64,000 nt of DNA, from contig CDRNST010000058.1 in the NCBI GenBank assembly GCA_977016875.1, positions 4,650,001 through 4,714,000 on the forward strand, in the 5' to 3' direction. Under the pieces are notes generated by a model. It was not told the origin of the DNA. It ran no database searches and saw nothing but the letters and a program-made list of their open reading frames with translations. Made by a program: the position numbers and the translations under genes. Of this stretch, positions 61,806 to 64,000 are shown one piece after another. Numbering within the stretch: the first letter of the stretch is position 1; each line of letters opens with the position of its first letter. Source of the DNA: Pavona decussata (Eukaryota).

Positions 61806-61981
61806 AACGTTTTGATCATCACCTCTTAGCTGAAAAAAAAAACAACAACAACAACAAAAAAATCAAAACAAAAAAAAAAATTATAATAATAATCAATTCC
61901 TGACAGGGTTTTTAAAAGAAGGTTATACTATCTAAATGGGGAGATATTGTTTATTGGTTGACGTTTCTTTTCTTATCTCAG

Positions 61982-62532
61982 TTTCAGTGGTAATCCATCC
62001 TATATCGAAGGGTGGTGTCCAGGAAGCAAGGCCCCCATCTTCGACCGATCAAATTCCTTCGCCACTGCTCCGATAATCGATCTCAATCGCAGGAATTTTT
62101 CCATTTCCTGTTGGATAAAACCAATGAGGAGACTTGTAACTGGCGACGACGAAACGATTTATAACGACTGGACTTCACCATATCAGTTTAGACTTGCTCT
62201 TGTAAACCGGAAGGTCTATTTTGAGCGCCGTAGCACCGACAATATCCATGAGTGGTACTACTTTAGAGGCGTTAAAGTTTCTTCGAACATTTGGACACAC
62301 GCGGCAGTCACGTGGGATCACGCAACTGGAAATTCAACAATTTATGTTAACGGTAAAAACGCAGGTTATCTTACGTTTCCCTCCAGAAAAATATTCTTCT
62401 ACTCGCCTACGGGAAAGCCATACAAAATTGGCAATGACGGTCACCCGCACGATCACCAGTTCCATGGATCAGTTATGGATCTTTATGTTTTTGGCACGGC
62501 ATTATCACTGGATCAAATCAATAAACTAAGAG
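61982..62532 (+). CDS. RTK-B exon: LamG-like/pentraxin domain (intact)
   Basis: FSISCWIK, WTHAAVTW, IYVNG, YKIGND and FHGSVMDLYVF. Same splice sites as 31225-31775. Confidence 0.92.
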
Positions 62533-63434
62533 GTTATTGCCTAATTTCCTTTTTATAAACATAAGTCACTGGTTACATTTTAACTCTTCGTCGTGGCATA
62601 AGTGAAATAAACTGAAATTTAAGGCACTAGTTTTGATTGACTGATAATAAAACAGAGCCCATGATCTAAAAACCGGCTAAACTACTCGGTCTGGAGTTTT
62701 ATTTTTAATTTAAATTACTTGTTTCTTAGGTTCTTTTTGTCTATTTCGTCCATGTTGCACGGGTTTAGTCATCCTTTTACCATGGGGAAGTTTAAAAAGC
62801 TAATTTAAAAACTATTAACGTTAACTACTAACGTTAACGTGAAGATTGCCTTCGCGGGGGGGCATAAACGTTTGAGTGTGGTTGCGCTAAATATCCATGT
62901 CGCAACTCATCGTATGCAACATATCGGCCTCAAGAAAGATCGAAGGTACCAGGTTCAAATCACACTCAGATACTCTCAAGTTCAGCTCTTCAACCAGCTC
63001 GAACTAAACAGCTAGTCCTCCATTTTAAATTTAATTGGTTTTGATTTATAAATATTTGCTTGAACTTAATATAAGTATTTAATGACGGTGACTCCTTTTG
63101 CTATTGGGCAAATGTTCTAAGCATCTCAGGACGATCCGAGAGACCCAGATTTCTTTGGGACGGCACCTAGAGTTATTGTCGCTTAATTACCTCTTAAATT
63201 GCATGCATTTCTATCCTCAATTTTATTTTTGAATTCCAAATCATCTTGCTGTACCTAAAACTGTAATAAACAGCTAAATACACTTCCTTTACCAGCCATG
63301 CACTTACATGTATACGATTTCCAAACAGTGTGCTTGCGATGATTAAAAACTTATTAACAGCTAATCTGTCAACTTTTTTCCCACGCTATTGAAATCGTTA
63401 AGATAATCATGTTTCTATTTATGATCCTCTGCAG

Positions 63435-63734
63435 GTGTACCTGTTATCGTAAACAAGGGCAAAGAAGTTACAGGTGGAACCGTTCTAGTCAAATGGGAGC
63501 CTCCCATGGAGCGAATATGTCCTGTTCTGCAGTACAACGTCAACTACAGAGAAGTAATTTTGCGTGCTGAAAAAGGCCATTGGAACTCAATTTCTGTCAG
63601 TGGAAACACCACCAGCTATACCCTTCACCTGGAGTGTTGGAAACAGTATGAAATAACCGTCACGTCATTCTATTCATACGGAGAAAGTGACAAGAAGGAC
63701 AGCAAGATATGGAACTTCAACACTGGAACTAAAG
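63435..63734 (+). CDS. RTK-B exon: fibronectin type III domain
   Basis: 300-nt homologue of 32170-32469, phase 1-1. Confidence 0.92.
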
Positions 63735-63865
63735 GTAAAGGTTGGTGCTTAACCCAGATTTTCGTGACACTAAGAGGTAGCTATGGGTGTTTAATACTCT
63801 CTTCTGGATTGCATACTTTTATTTTCGGGCAAAAATTATGACTTTGTTTTCCTTGGTTAATCACA

Positions 63866-64000
63866 GGCTAAACTAGTCGGTCTGGAGTTTTATTTTTTAT
63901 TCAAACCATTTGTTTCTTAAGGTCGTTTTGTCTCCTTCTTCCATGTTGCATGGTTTTAATTAGTATTCCTTTCACCATGGAGAAGTTTTAAAACTAATTT
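63866..64000 (+). repeat. Direct repeat of 62675-62810 (start of a second ~1.19-kb unit)
   Basis: GGCTAAACTA.TCGGTCTGGAGTTTTATTTTT...CCATGTTGCA...CCATGG.GAAGTTT.AAA.CTAATTT occurs at both sites. Confidence 0.8.

Larger units (their letters stand above)
57557..64000 (+). other. 5' part of tandem paralogue RTK-B (leader-LamG-FN3...), running off the window
   Basis: Exons are homologous to RTK-A in the same order but without the SRCR, LamG1, FN3A/B and Cys-domain exons. All four visible exons are open. Confidence 0.8.

Overview
AT-rich, intron-containing animal genomic DNA, most consistent with a cnidarian, probably a stony coral (inferred from the repeat families and the receptor kinase type). 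All alignments and counts were done by eye. From left to right: (1) an intronless Ly6/uPAR three-finger GPI-anchored protein gene (1343-1759, +). (2) Three tandem, intronless, divergent paralogues on the minus strand (5098-5985, 8751-9338, 10872-11225) that I cannot assign to a known family. They share only an N-terminal [ST]EYxxxF motif and a C-terminal F(H/Y)...(Y/F)Fx(V/I)xPxWxSE...KNxxF(S/G)* motif, and RFX X-box-like sites lie upstream of two of them. (3) A ~31 kb multi-exon receptor tyrosine kinase locus (~18375-49279, +). Its ectodomain reads furin site, SRCR, LamG/pentraxin-like, FN3, FN3, a three-repeat Cys-rich domain resembling the biomphalysin small lobe, LamG, FN3, FN3, followed by TM and a split FGFR/RET-type kinase. 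As assembled it has one in-frame stop, one frameshift and a dead duplicate of the kinase-insert exon. (4) The 5' part of a tandem paralogue (~54760 to window end) that lacks the whole SRCR-to-Cys-domain block. Introns and spacers hold nested mobile DNA: a Gypsy LTR element with a 5-bp TSD inside a Penelope-like element, a Crypton-type tyrosine-recombinase element interrupted by two TIR elements, DIRS and LINE fragments, SINEs and many MITEs.
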